Shown in pieces: positions 1 to 13,175 of a stretch of 58,435 nt of DNA. The notes beneath the pieces are model-generated. The model was not told where the DNA came from. It saw only the letters and a list, made by a program, of their open reading frames with translations, and searched no databases. Both the position numbers and the translations under genes were made by a program. The DNA is from Octopus bimaculoides (Eukaryota), in NCBI RefSeq assembly GCF_001194135.2, contig NC_068999.1, forward strand, positions 34,102,495 to 34,160,929. Direction: 5' to 3'. Numbering within the stretch: the first letter of the stretch is position 1; each line of letters opens with the position of its first letter.

Positions 1-32
1 CATCATCATCTTCATCACCATCATCGTTATCG

Positions 33-67
<35 letters not shown>

Positions 68-848
68 GTCATCATCTTCATCACCGTCATCGTTATCGTC
101 ATCATCATCATCATCATCATCTGCATCTTCATCTTCATCATCAACATCACCATCATCATCATCATCATCGTCATCGTCATTGTCGTCGTCATCATCATTG
201 CTGTTATTATTAAGCTATCAGAATAACAGCAGTAACAACAACAATGCGGTAGTAATCTGCAACGGCAACAACAACAACAACAACAGCAACAACAAAAAGA
301 TCAAAACATCAACAGCAACAACAACAACAACAACAACGTGAACAATATGACTTCAACAACAACAACATCTGTAATGGCGACAATGACAAGAACCATAATA
401 AATGCCACTGCAGGTAAGGACAGCAACAATAATGTTATTTATTTTAATAACAATAATTACAAGAACAACAACGATCACAACTGAAACTGCATCGAGTATT
501 GTAAATAATCGAAGCACCAGTGACAATAACAACGATACGATCAAGTATTCTTGTAAGCACAGGAACAGCACCAACAGTATTAACATCATTAACACGGCAA
601 AAGCAAAAGCTACCGCAGCAGCAGCAGGAACAAGAACGATGACAGTGATGACAACGATGACAGTGATGACAACGATGACAATGATGACAACGATAGACAT
701 CATGCGAAAAATAATGATTTCCGTGGTCAAAATAGCTGAAACATAAGACGGTGTGTAATTCATGGAACAAGACGAAGAGGAACAACAACAATAACAATGA
801 GAACAACAAAGACGACAGACGACATCGATGTTAAAGTCAGTGAAGAGC

Positions 849-919
<71 letters not shown>

Positions 920-940
920 TAACAACACTAACTTGAACAA
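1..940. repeat. Mosaic trinucleotide microsatellite tract, (CAT)n then (CAA)n/(CAG)n/(GAC)n
   Basis: Directly visible. The poly-L/poly-T ORFs in the track are translations of these repeats. Confidence 0.95.
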
Positions 941-1439
941 GTCATGAACAAGTATTGAAGTGTAGAGAATGGAGAGTGATTAAGACTGCGTGTAATTAGG
1001 TACATGCTAAGAAGGAAATATTCGGTGTGTTGACACGGTGTACGTGTTCTATATATACATACANNNNNNNNNNNNNNNNNNNNNNNNNNNNNNNNNNNNN
1101 NNNNNNNNNNNNNNNNNNNNNNNNNNNNNNNNNNNNNNNNNNNNNNNNNNNNNNNNNNNNNNNNNNNNNNNNNNNNNNNNNNNNNNNNNNNNNNNNNNNN
1201 NNNNNNNNNNNNNNNNNNNNNNNNNNNNNNNNNNNNNNNNNNNNNNNNNNNNNNNNNNNNNNNNNNNNNNNNNTATATACACATATATATATATACACAT
1301 ATATATATACATATATATATGTATGTATATATATATATTCATGTATATATATATATATATATATGAATATTCATGTATATGTATAGATATATCTTATGTG
1401 TGTTTACACACACATGCATGCACACACACATACATACAT

Positions 1440-1486
<47 letters not shown>

Positions 1487-1774
1487 TAAATATTTATATA
1501 TATATACATATTCATTTATATACATCTGTATGTATGCACATGGAATGTGGGTATGTACATAGTCACACACCTATTTACTCTAATGGATTCTCCGTCGCTT
1601 TCGACTATGAACATTCCATTGTTTGATTAAGTAAACTATATACTGTTTAAATACATGTGGCTGAATATTCCAGAGATACATGCTTGTTTAACATAAATTC
1701 CAAGCCGACTGAACGTAAAACATTATGTGGCAAGACTGAAACATTGAAATACAATTACAGCTTATCTAAAGGGA

Positions 1775-1929
1775 TTCGACACAGTTTCCCCTCTTGCCAA
1801 TTTCACTCATAAAGTTTGGTTCATCTGAGTATATATCAAAGAAAACTTACTCAAAATGTCACGTTGTTGGATCGAAACCGTGACCTCATCGTTGCAAAGC
1901 GAACTTCCTAACTGCTCGTCCAAGCCTGC
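1775..1929 (-). mobile_element. Degenerate tRNA-derived SINE, family A (head GCAGG..GTGG..AAG)
   Basis: The reverse complement reads gcaggcttggacgagcagttaggaagttcgctttgcaacgatgaggtcacggtttcgatcc..., aligning by eye to the heads at 9523 and 45580. Confidence 0.6.
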
Positions 1930-3249
1930 ATTCTCATGGTTGTACTTAAGTACATAAGTATTTAGTTAAACTACAAACACACGCGCTCACACATGCACAA
2001 ACAAACATGTGTATATGTATATGAATGCATACATTTATACATAGTTCAATAAACATATAATTTAGCTCCACTGTGTAAGTAAAGCCTTTCTCTCTCTCTC
2101 ACTAACTTCCTCCCTCCCATCTCTCTCTCTCTCTCTCTCTAGTTTTGCCTGCTTTTTGCTTATCAGTCTTGTCTACATACTTCCATTGTATACAATGTAA
2201 TAATACAGGAAAGCAGTGTCTCATAGCATTTATTGTAAATAACTGCAAACTGTTTCCTGCGTTTGGAGAATGGAACCGGGTAGACATTTTCGATCAGTCA
2301 TTAAAAACCAGACGAAACTCATCGAGCTACCATAAAATCATTGGCTATGGGACTTGTGTATTATCTCATGACACTTCGGATATGTTAGCTCTTTAAACTA
2401 CAGACTATGAGAGGAAAAATTAGCTAGCGGGCAGTCGGTGAGCGAGATTGCGGCAGTTAGAGTCTAGAGTATGGTGTACAGACTGAATGGAAGCATGTTT
2501 TTTTCTACGTTGCAGCGTGCTGTGTTGAAAGCGATATTATTTCAACATGAGTAGCTAACCTTAACGTTACAGTCATTAAAATGTTTACGGTAATTATAGG
2601 TGTTTGAGACTGAATATCGGAATGAATCAAATTACCTTTTCCTTTCTAACTCGTTATGGTTTTGGGGTAGAAATAAATGATCTTTATATATACCTATTTG
2701 TCACTGATGCCACACCTTACTAGTGTCTCATTATAATGGTGTGAGCCCACTGAAAAATAGAAAATGCTTCTGCAAGGATGGCTAAGTTTATTAGGTTTTC
2801 TGTAGACCCTTTTTTTTTTTTGTTTTTGAGGTGTAGGATGACATTCAGGATGATAACTATTATTTCTATGCCGTGACTGTTAATATTGCTTAAAATTGAA
2901 AAGCCATCATCTCTCTACAGAACCTATGTACGGGGTCATGTGTTTTTATGGTATATGTGATTGCGTGTGTACACGCTTAAACACAAACACAAATATTCGC
3001 AGTATTTAAACATTTCCAAGTAAAACATTTGTTTCTTCCCCAATCCTCATACTTATTTTCTCTCATTCTTTCATCTTCTCTCTCTTACCTTCTCTGTCAT
3101 TCTTTCCCTACCAAAACACACCTTTCCTCTGTCACTTTCTGTCAACAGCTATACCTTATATAGCTATAATTTCTATCTTTTTCTCCGTCTTCCATTTTCC
3201 CACTCCCTATATGATCTCTGTCTTTAATATTGTTTTTCATCATGTTTAT

Positions 3250-3620
3250 TTTGCAGTGTAATTCGTTAGTTGACTTGACTGTGTTGCTGGTGGATTGGTT
3301 ATTTTGTCGGTGGTTGATTGGTTGAAAGGCTGGTTAGTAGGCTGAATTGGTGACAGATTAGTTGTTTGGTAGATTGGTCTGTGGGTTTGGTTGGCTAAAA
3401 GATTGGTTAGTTGGCAGATTGGTTGATTCACTTGTTAAATGTATGGTTAACTGGTTAGCTGTTTGGGTATTTGGTTAATTGATTGATCGGTTAATTAATT
3501 CATTGGCAGGTTAATTGGTTAGTTGATTGATTGACTGACTGAAAATGGTTGATTACTTGGCTGGCTGGCTGGATGGATGGATGGTTAGTTGGTTGGTTGG
3601 TTGGTTGGTTGGTTGGTTGC
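3250..3620. repeat. Degenerate tetranucleotide (GGTT/GATT/GGCT/GGAT)n tract
   Basis: Directly visible 4-nt periodicity. Confidence 0.9.
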
Positions 3621-3775
3621 AACTGAGAAAAGTTCTATGAGAAAACTTCAATATTAGTATTTGTTGTTGGTGTTGTCAAAATGTGGAGTAGACAGAGTGA
3701 CACTCAATGGGGAGGCGAAGGTGAAAGATCATGATGATGGTATTGATGCTGATGATAATGATGATGAAGGTGAGG

Positions 3776-3841
<66 letters not shown>

Positions 3842-3843
3842 TA
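3776..3843. repeat. (AAT)n microsatellite
   Basis: Directly visible. Confidence 0.95.
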
Positions 3844-4310
3844 GCAACAATATTAATAATAATGTGATGATGAAAAAGAAAGTAAACGTATAAGAAAAAC
3901 AACAGCAATAACAACAGAAATAGTATAAAAATAAAAGAGAAAGATAATGACGGCATTAATAAAGATTATAGGCAAATAATACAATTAAAGAATTGAATAA
4001 AAGGTTGGAAGTATCAGTTCCAATTACGAGAACAAAAGCATCAACAACAGTAACGTTAACAACACTAACAACAACATATAAGACTATATGTATTTACAAT
4101 AATATGAAAAGGTTAACGAGAGTTTTTTTTTTTCATATTTTGTATAAAAACAAAAACTGTAAATAGAATTTTAAAAAGAGACCGACAAAGAAATTGACTT
4201 GAAATGAATTCTTTAAAACTATGTGAGGAATAGGTGAACTATAGAATTTAATGACAAAGAAGAACAGGAATAATGAGTTTCACCAAACTAAACAAATTTT
4301 ATATGTGTGC

Positions 4311-4349
<39 letters not shown>

Positions 4350-6289
4350 CACACACATATATGTACACATATAAATAGATATATAGAAATGTACATGTCT
4401 GTGTGCATATATATGAATATATGCATATGCATGCATATACACATATACATGTATTTATATGTATATGTATGTATGGGAATGCACACATACACACATACTC
4501 ATATATTTATGTATATATATGTATGTATGTATACATATGTAAGCATATACATATATGCAAAGAGGCACTGGCACATATGCACACACACATAAGTTTAATT
4601 AATGACAATTAAATGATGATGATTATGTTAGTGATAATAATAACAACAGCAAAAAGAATAATGATTTATAAAGAACAATTATTTAAAAACCGTCAGGTAT
4701 AAAATTGAATTCAATTTATCGAAAATATTCAATTAAAAGTAAAGTTGAAGCGAAGATAAGAATTGTTTGACAGAACGAGACAATAATAACATATGAAGAA
4801 GCTATTCTTTAACTTGACATTTTAGCAATGAAAATGTTGTTGGATTGAAAACGTCGGGAGAGGGGAGGTTGTGGGTGTTGCAGTGAGAAAGGGAGACGAG
4901 GAGGCGGGGGAAGATATATATATATACAAAATGTATAAAAACAAATTGAAGATTTCAAATGTAGTAGCCTCACCACCACCACCACCACCACCACCACCAT
5001 CATAGACAGCAGCAACAAAATTAACTTGCATAAAAAACAAAAAAGAAATGTGATATTACAGAACAATAGAAGTAGTAAATGCCGCAAGCACAAGCACAAG
5101 CACAACTCCAATCACAGCAACAGCCGTGGAATGGAAACGAAGCAACAACAATAACAAAATAACACGAGAAACAGTAAGCACCATATTCACAGAGACAGCA
5201 ACAGCAATGGTCAAGAAGAGAATTGATAACGGCAACAACAGCAACAGTAATCCTTCCTAATATGGACACAAAAGCACAAATTTCGGTTGGGGGTAGGGGA
5301 ACAAACGCAGCAAGAAATTCTGTTCAACTTATCTGCCAATTTGTCACACTGTTAATAGCTGAATGTTGTATATTCATCTTAAAACTTAACGTTTCATCAT
5401 CAAATGGCTCATCAGGTAAGGTACTTCAGCGGGCTGCATCCATTTAGAATTGTAACATAAATTAAAATTAATGTAATAAATAAGTTGTAGATAAGTTGTA
5501 GAAACTGGTTGCGATTGGCTGATATAATAGGGAAAGTGAATGATTGTAGAATTTTAGCATACATAAATCTAACCAGTGTCGTGAAAATATAATGGGTACA
5601 TTTATTAAATGTAACGTAATGTGAAAAATGTCGGGAGAATAATTTTTGATAAATATTTTTATTAGAATTTTGGGGAATAGCCCTAGAGAATTATATGTGA
5701 AAGGACATCACTCAAGTGCTATTGTTCTGTTTCAAAGTTGTTTTATGTTTAATGTCATTTCTAGATTCCGTTGTTGAAATATCTGGATGGTGTTACTGGG
5801 GCAAATGAAAGCATGAGGAAATTAACTCAGGTTGTTCATGCTGCTTTGAGTTATTTCACTTTGCCCACTTTTGTATAAATCATGCAAATTACTAAGGCCA
5901 CAAATGTACTTTGTCCTTTTGAATAAATCTAAGTCCATTAGCTTCTGGAGATAGCGGAACTATTGTCGGGCTGGTGACGCCTATTGAAACCAAAACGTAT
6001 GCCCTTAGCGCCAAATAATAACCCTGTCGATTTCTTTAAAGGTATATTAACTTTGTAAAACTTTTGATTTTCGAAATTATTTCGTCTTTTGTTATAGGGC
6101 TAGTCTCCATTATCATTTAATTACGAGACATTCTAATTTCAATAAATCAAAAATTTATGTTATATGGTATTTGTGATCTCTATCAATATGTTCTACGCAT
6201 TTGCTAATTCTTTTAAGTGCTTATGTAGTTGCGAGTAGACATAGATACCATGATTTGACTAATCTAAATATTCAGGATGTGACCGCTGG

Positions 6290-6467
6290 AGTGGGAGAGA
6301 GGTTGACACTAGAACTAGGCTTAACTTCATTTATAACCGAGATACGGAGTAACACGAATCGAAGGGCTTTAGGTAGAACCACAGACACCACGCAATGCAG
6401 GAATCGAATCCCCGACCGTATGCTTGTCTGACCAGGATCTTAACCTCTAGGTCACATGCATTTACAC
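6290..6467 (-). mobile_element. tRNA-derived SINE remnant
   Basis: The reverse complement has an A-box-like TGACCTAGAGG and a B-box-like GATTCGATTCC at tRNA-like spacing. Confidence 0.55.
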
Positions 6468-6798
6468 ACACATGCTCATACACAAGCACACATACATACA
6501 CAAACGCATGCACATATACATACATATATATCCAGTATACGCAATTGTGGCCGTATAAAATTAAAATAGCCTTCTATGTATCATGGTATCATGCTGAATG
6601 CATATATGCAATATTGATAGACCGGTTCTTGCAGTATTTGTCTTGAGAAGGAGCATCATTTATGAGATCAGAAGGAAACAATATCTATTGTGTTTTAATA
6701 CAGTACGTCCAATAATTATCTCAGAACAGATACCACAATAACTGGCCTATCAATAGGGTATATCCATTCATAGATGCGTATACATACGTACATATATA

Positions 6799-6895
6799 GG
6801 TGCAAGCGTGGCTGTATAGTACGAAGTTTGCTTTCCAACCACATGGTTCTGGGTTCAATCCCACTTCGTGGCACTGTTGGCAGGAGTCTCCTACT
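6799..6895 (+). mobile_element. SINE family A 5' part (tRNA-like head plus start of a CORE-like segment)
   Basis: GTGGCTGTATAG...CCAACCACATGGTTCTGGGTTCAATCCCACTTCGTGGCAC matches the copies at 9523, 45580 and 46745. Confidence 0.8.
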
Positions 6896-6974
6896 CTGTG
6901 TGTTTGTGTGATTGTGTGTGCGTGTGTGTGTGTGCGCGCGTTCGTGCGTTCGTGCGTTCGTGCATGTGTGTGTT

Positions 6975-7850
6975 CACAAGAATGCAGCGATTGTGGAGAA
7001 CGCCAATTTCAACATTCTGATAGCTGACTTGGTGAGAGTGATGAGGAATGTTTCTCGCATGTGCGACTCTATGGAATTGGAAAGACAAATACACTTCATC
7101 CACTGAATGCAGTTATCTGGTTACAACCAAAGGGACAGGATTAGAGTGTACAAAGGAACCAGGACTAAGTACAACGCCATCATAGAGAATGAATCTAAGG
7201 AGATCTGCCCGATGTACAGGAGTAAATCCTGGAACAGCACGGAAAGGACTAGTAATAAGATAAATAAGTCCAACACTTTGTATGACAACAAAAAATACCA
7301 GTTTGTTGATGCTACACCTGGCGGCGAACAAGCACACCGTTTAAAAAAAACATTAAATCAAGGCTAATCTACGAATTAAAGTAGTAGAGAGGCCTGGTGC
7401 TCCTTTAAAATCCCTGATCTACAATACCTATCCCTTTGTAAGTCCCCCTGTTCGGAGCACAATTGTGTTGTATGTAGAATAAACCCACTGGTTAACTGTA
7501 AGGTTAGGAATATAGCGTATAGCGTACGATGTACTGAAGGACGGTGCAGAAACATGACAGCTACTTACATAGGAGAGACTAAACGCAGCATAGGAGAGCG
7601 TATAGGTGAACATTGGCGAGAGCTCAAAGAAGGGAAGAGCTCGTCATTGCTCTACCAACATGCTCAGACTCGATTAATAAGAGGTGCGATTAATAGTTCA
7701 ATTAATAGCATAGAGGTTAAAGTATTATCGACACATAGAATTGACACAACACTTAGACAGATTACAGAGGCTATACACATAAGAGTAGACAGAACGAGCC
7801 TAAAAAGAAAACATGAATGGAACAGTAACACCCACCACCACACCACATGA
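6975..7850 (+). mobile_element. 5'-truncated Penelope-like retroelement: RT thumb/linker plus C-terminal GIY-YIG endonuclease, pseudogenised
   Basis: Translates to ...ADLVRVMRNVSRMC...*MQLSGYNQRDR...CPMYRSKSW, a Cys-rich linker (CSEHNCVVC), then NIAYSVRC...YIGETKRSIGERIGEH...LYQHA...RQITEAIHI...LKRKHEW. These are the GIY-YIG motifs typical of EN+ PLEs. It carries stops and frameshifts and starts right after a (GT)n tract. Confidence 0.9.
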
Positions 7851-8464
7851 TTAAAGACAGTAGGGATGTGAAGAGAGAAGGGAAGGGAAAAACACAAAAA
7901 ACGTATAAATAATACACAGAAGCATACGGGGTAACATACACACAATAAATATATATGCACTTACCTGAGATACTTATGAGAAATGGAGATAAATGTATTA
8001 AAAACAAAAAAATAAAAAGTTAGAAAAGTAAGTAAATAAATATATACAGAGATAAATAAATATATAAATATATCTGCCACATACATGTGATAAGTGTAAG
8101 ACAGAAATAGATAAAATTTAATAAATAAAACTATATATAGGACATGGATAGATACGAAGCGAACCTATACACACACACAAGCACACACATGAAACTTCAT
8201 GGACGGCCATAACGATGTCAACATCACAACTAACATGGTCAGCAGTAGCGGCAGTGCCAAAGATGACAATAGCAACAACAACTACCACGATGGCAACACT
8301 GTGAGCGAACACACAGACACAGAGATATACAGGAACTTACCATATTTTATTTATTTTATTTTATCTGGGGAAAGCAACAGCACTATGGGGTGAGAGAATG
8401 GAGCTGAGGGGAAGGCCACACTGCTCGTAAAAACTATGACACATACACAAGCATACACAAACAT

Positions 8465-8496
<32 letters not shown>

Positions 8497-8595
8497 GTAC
8501 ACATACATACACACACAAACAAGGACACAAACGCATTCGCACATCTTAGAAGAACAGAATGGAGTAAGTGGAGCAAGAACACACGAAAACAAAAA

Positions 8596-8643
8596 GTGTC
8601 GGTGAAGAGGTCACAGGTGTGTGACGAAAGATTTCCAGACAAT
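8596..8643 (+). ncRNA. Hammerhead-like motif with a core mutation (C3 to G) in a PLE pLTR-like repeat
   Basis: GTGAAGA-G-GTCAC/GTGAC(stem II)-GAAA. Same family as the intact-core copy at 38018-38063 on the - strand. Confidence 0.6.
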
Positions 8644-8710
8644 GGACAAGAGTTAAAATAATAAAATGAAAATATTAATAAACGAGTGAAGAAAAAATGA
8701 ATTGATAAAC

Positions 8711-8711
<1 letters not shown>

Positions 8712-8792
<81 letters not shown>
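8712..8792. repeat. (TA)n microsatellite
   Basis: Directly visible. Confidence 0.95.
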
Positions 8793-8807
<15 letters not shown>

Positions 8808-8889
8808 TATATATGTATATATATATCTATCTATATGTATGTATATATATGTATATACATATGTATATTTATATATGTGTGTATATATA

Positions 8890-8998
8890 TGTGTGTGTGT
8901 TTGTGTCTGTCTTTGTCGCTTGACAACCAGTGTTGTGTTTATGCCCCTGTAAATTAGCGGTTCGGCATCAGAAACCGACTGAATAAATACCTGTCTTC
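8890..8998 (+). mobile_element. SINE family A internal fragment
   Basis: CGCTTGACAACCAG...CCCCTGTAAATTAGCGGTTCGGCA matches 9890-9960 and 11800-11860. Confidence 0.75.
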
Positions 8999-9527
8999 AA
9001 AAAAGTCGTGAGGGTGGGGTGGATTAGGGTGAGAGTGGGATACGGATAGGATAACGATGGAGAGGGTGACGAGGAAGGGAGAGGGTGGAAGGAAGAAGGT
9101 AGGTAGGAGTGAAGAGAGGAAGTAGGTGTCAGAGCAAGAGAAGAGAGGAGGGTGAGAGTGAAGGGAGGAAGTGTGAGAGGAAGAAAGGAGAGAGGAGTGG
9201 GGTTAGATGAAGGGGGAGGAGAGTTGAGCCCATGTGGCGCAAAGGAGCGAAGAGAGAAGATTAATTTCTGTTCACGGCGAAGACAGGAGTCCAGATGGCC
9301 CCTGTGCAAGGACAATTCGAACACAGACAGGTGTTGTAAAGAATGACCGGTAGAGCGGAAATGGCGCGAGACCGGGTTGTCGTTGCCGAGTCTGATGCCT
9401 CGGAGGTGCTCCGCGAACTGGTCAGCTAAGCCGCATCCCGTTTGACCGATGTAAAGAGAAGGACAGAGAGAGCAGGAGATGCAGATGACGTTGCTCGAAG
9501 TGCAGGTGAAGGAGTCAGTTATATAGG
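8999..9527 (-). mobile_element. Penelope-like (Neptune-type) GIY-YIG end plus pyrimidine-rich 3' UTR
   Basis: The minus strand 9527-9235 translates without stops to ITDSFTCTSSNVICISCSLCPSLYIGQTGCGLADQFAEHLRGIR...VSRHF...EQKLIFSLRSFAPHGLN. The FTCTS-NV / C-x2-C / YIG / GLN pattern is that of Neptune-type PLE endonucleases. Confidence 0.9.
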
Positions 9528-10070
9528 CGCAGGAATGGGTGTGTGGTAAGTGGCTTGCTTACCAACCATGTGGTTCTGGGTTCAGTNNNNNNNNNNNNNN
9601 NNNNNNNNNNNNNNNNNNNNNNNNNNNNNNNNNNNNNNNNNNNNNNNNNNNNNNNNNNNNNNNNNNNNNNNNNNNNNNNNNNNNNNNNNNNNNNNNNNNN
9701 NNNNNNNNNNNNNNNNNNNNNNNNNNNNNNNNNNNNNNNNNNNNNNNNNNNNNNNNNNNNNNNNNNNNNNNNNNNNNNNNNNNNNNNNNNNNNNNNNNNN
9801 NNNNNNNNNNNNNNNNNNNNNNNNNNNNNNNNNNNNNNATATATATATATATATATAGGTGTGTGTGTTTTTGTGTCTGTGTTTGTCCTCTCACCACCGC
9901 TTGTCATACCGATGTTGGTGTGTTTACGTAGCCGTAATCTAGCAGTTCGGCAAAAGCGAATGATAGAATAAGTCTTGGGATCGATTTTTCGACTAAAAAA
10001 ACTCTTTAAGATGGTGCTCCAGCATGGCTGCAGTCAAGTGACTGAAGTATGAGAGTAAAAGAATAAATAT
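9523..10070 (+). mobile_element. SINE family A, near full length, interrupted by an N-gap
   Basis: Head GGCGCAGGAATGGGTGTGTGGTAAG...GGTTCAGT; tail GGTGCTCCAGCATGGCTGCAGTCAAGTGACTGAAG...AGTAAAAG. Confidence 0.85.
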
Positions 10071-10328
10071 ATATATCAAATGAGTTCTCTATCTCTCTAT
10101 TATCCTCCCACTCTTTCATTCTCTTGCATTTTGGATGTTATTTCTCTCTGTTTCTCTCTGTCTCTCTCACTCTCGGTTCTTCCCGTAAATACTCTTTTTC
10201 GTTATCCTTCCCACACTTGTATATAACATCTTCTTTACACGAAAACGCAGACTTGCCTGGTCGTCCACACATACTCTCTCTCTCTCTTCTTCTCCCTTCC
10301 TCTCTCTCTCTCTCTCTTCTTCTCCCTT

Positions 10329-10362
<34 letters not shown>

Positions 10363-11399
10363 TTACTTCCGTTTTTCCACCCCATTTTCACTCTATGTGT
10401 GTTTAAGCTTTGTCACACTCTGACTAAACATTCTCTTTCTCTGTCTTTCTGTCTGTCTGTCTCATTTACTCACAAAATCCATTACTCTGCGCGCGCACAC
10501 ACACACACACACACACAAATACACGCACACCAACACACACAAACACACAACCACATTGAACTCTGTCTTCCTTTTCTTCACTCTCCATCTTGCATAGTGT
10601 TTTCTTATCCCGCATTTTCAGTTCTCTCTCCCTCCTTCACTCTCACTCTCACTCTCTCCTCATACCTCTCCTCACCTGTTCATACTATTCAAATTATGAT
10701 AACATTGTAGAAGACATTTTCGAAAGAATTTATAAAAAAGTTTTTTTAAAAAGCTGACAATAAAATGGGGGGTAAAAAAATAGAGTTTTAAAAATCATTT
10801 AAAAGTCAACTTCACAGTTCTTCATCTTTAATGTATTGTTGAAATGGCAATGTTTAACGGTGGGGCTTTAAACAGCGGCGCTGATCGGTGGGGTTTTTAA
10901 ACACTGGAGCTGAACGATAGAATTGAACGGAAAACCACCGTTACATTTATTTCATCTAAGTTCCATTTATTGACAAATTTTAAGAAAGAAAAAAAAAAAA
11001 TCAAAAATGAAAAATAAATAAAATGAACAAACAATATGAAAAACATCATTATATGGAATGTTTAGAATTTATGTCAATATTTCGATGTAGGGTTTTGTTA
11101 TAGAGTGACAGAAAGAGTATTTAAATAAGATTTAGATTCAAAACTACTAGTCGATATTTCTGAGTTCAAATCGTGCTGTGGTTACCTTTACTTAACATTT
11201 ATTTATCTATATTCGACAAAGTAATTTACCAGTCAATATACTGGATAATGATTTTGGTGTTGATGATTATATTTTCCCTCTAATGTTTGTATCAGATATA
11301 CATCGCTATAGTAAACACTTATATCGAATTTCCTCGAAAGCGTCGGTTCTCAAAATCATGTTAGAAATATCTATATATTAGTTTCAAACGTTGATGCAA

Positions 11400-11587
11400 G
11401 TCTAGTAAGGTCGTGAGAGAGGGTAAGTCAATTAGATCAACCTCAATACTGAACTGGTACTTATTTTATCAACTCCGGAAGGATGAAAGGCAAAGTCAAA
11501 CTCGGCGGAATTTGAACTCAGAACGCACGAAATGCCTCTATGCATTTTGCCCGGCGTACTAATGACTGAGCCAGCTCGCCGCCTTAA
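11400..11587 (-). mobile_element. tRNA-derived SINE family B (head GGCGGCGAGCTGGC; central GACTTTGCCTTTCATCCTT..GATAAAATAAGTACC)
   Basis: The reverse complement matches the copies at 40085, 50918, 54918 and 56870. The central block resembles the Meta/MESC SINE domain (from recollection, not searched). Confidence 0.85.
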
Positions 11588-11611
11588 AAATATTTATATA
11601 TCAATGTGAAT

Positions 11612-11975
11612 ATGCCCAGGCATGGCTGCGAGGTAAGAAGCTCGTTTTGAAACTATGTAGTTTCGGGTTTAGAGTGTCTTCAATAATAACTTTGGGATGA
11701 CCAAAGTCTTGTGAGAGAATTTGATGCAGAGAAACTGTGTGGAAGCCTCTCGTATATATGTGTGCGTGTATGTTTATGTTTGTCTCCCCCCACCGCCGAA
11801 TGACTACCGATGTTGGCTTGATTACATCCCTGTAACTTAGCGGTTCGGCAAAAATTCCAATAGAATTAAAGATGATACCAGACTCAAAGATGATACTGCA
11901 GCCGATTTGTTAGACTAAACGCTTCGAAGCAGTGTCCTTGCATGTCTGCAGTTCAGTAACTGAAAGAAATGAAAG
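11612..11975 (+). mobile_element. Degenerate full-length SINE family A
   Basis: Head, (TG)n linker, GTAACTTAGCGGTTCGGCAAA block and the GCAGTTCAGTAACTGAAA tail are all recognisable. Confidence 0.75.
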
Positions 11976-12049
11976 ATGCGAGACTAGGTAAGAATTTTAC
12001 AAGACATCGAAAGGAAACAGAAATATGCTCGTTTTACATTCCTTGCTTC

Positions 12050-12330
12050 TTGCTGGCTTCATGTTCTTGCTTGATGAAGCTGGGGCCATTCCAAGTTAGT
12101 GGTCCCAGAGACATCATCATGCGTAGAGCCAACCAGGACAACATGTGATCTCTCCAGTGCTGGTGGTCCCTTGCTAGCCCCTCTGCATCCTCCAAGGTAG
12201 CGTCGAGCTTCTGGAGATTTTCATTAATCACGTGAAGCCATCTGGTGCGGCGCCTGCCTCGAGATCTCTTCCAGCCCGCAGCTGCTGTTTCGAATGAGAG
12301 TAAATCCCATAGAGATATAACTATCACGGA
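12050..12330 (-). mobile_element. 3' end of an RTE-clade LINE
   Basis: Translation GWKRSRGRRRTRWLHVINENLQKLDATLEDAEGLARDHQHWR matches the R-x-RGRP-x2-RW...D...A-x-DR-x2-WR C-terminus of RTE ORFs. Confidence 0.75.
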
Positions 12331-12464
12331 CTCTTAAGTTCCTCTTATTATATGAAGTCGTTTCTCAGTTCGAAAGAGAAGAAACAACGTATTAAAAGGG
12401 AGAGCATCGGGGGATTTTCATATGAATTTAATTTTATATAAATTTAATTTGGGACCACGTTAAC

Positions 12465-12467
<3 letters not shown>

Positions 12468-12528
<61 letters not shown>
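12468..12528. repeat. (ATCT)n microsatellite
   Basis: Directly visible. Confidence 0.95.
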
Positions 12529-12583
12529 TAAACAGGGTATGTATCTCTCTTCCCCCACCTCTCTCTCTATATATATATATACA

Positions 12584-12614
<31 letters not shown>

Positions 12615-12823
12615 GTGTGAACATGTGTGTAAGTGTGAGTGCATATGTGTGTAAGTATGTATGCATTTATCTGTATGTGCTTAATTATAGTTTACTATGC
12701 ATGATTCTATAAATGAAAGAAAAGACTATAAAATTTATAGAACAGCATTTTTGTTAGCGTTAAAATGTTTCAATGGCTCACAATGACAAAAGTTTCTGAG
12801 GCCTATTGAGCTGTCTGTATGTT

Positions 12824-12855
<32 letters not shown>

Positions 12856-13004
12856 CGAGAAATAGAAAGAGAGAGAGAGTGTGAGTTTGTATCCTTCGGT
12901 ACATGTATGTGCGTGTATATTTCAGAGGCATATATAATGCACTAAGGCATACATACCATAGTATGTAGAGGGTTTTACCATAGTATTTTCCATTATCAAC
13001 GTCT

Positions 13005-13175
13005 TTCGAGTCTCCATACAGTGTGAATGTGGCTACGAATGTAGCTAGAAAATTTCTGAAACTCATAGATATCCACTTCCCACACTGACATAAATACCAC
13101 AAGACCCTTATGAATTGGAGCATCATAACTAAGGCCAGCAAATATAAGGAACGGGGTAGCAAATACTATACGTTA
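13005..13175 (+). mobile_element. Internally deleted Penelope-like remnant (RT-EN linker fused to the GIY-YIG tail)
   Basis: Reads FESPYSVNVATNVARKFLKLIDIHFPH*HKYHK (the PPYS-x-NV-x-TN...FL-x-LID-x-HFP linker of PLEs), then directly WSIITKASKYKERGSKYYTL, resembling the GIY-YIG C-terminus of the same group. Confidence 0.65.

Noticed and set aside
5966-6005. Hammerhead-like string CTGGTGA-CGCC...CAAAACGTATGCCC
   Set aside because: The core is mutated, GAAA is absent and stem II cannot pair. Too decayed to call.
7104-7106. In-frame TGA in the PLE as a selenocysteine codon (as in Naiad PLEs)
   Set aside because: The element has a C-terminal endonuclease and other stops and frameshifts. A CGA-to-TGA decay mutation is the simpler explanation.
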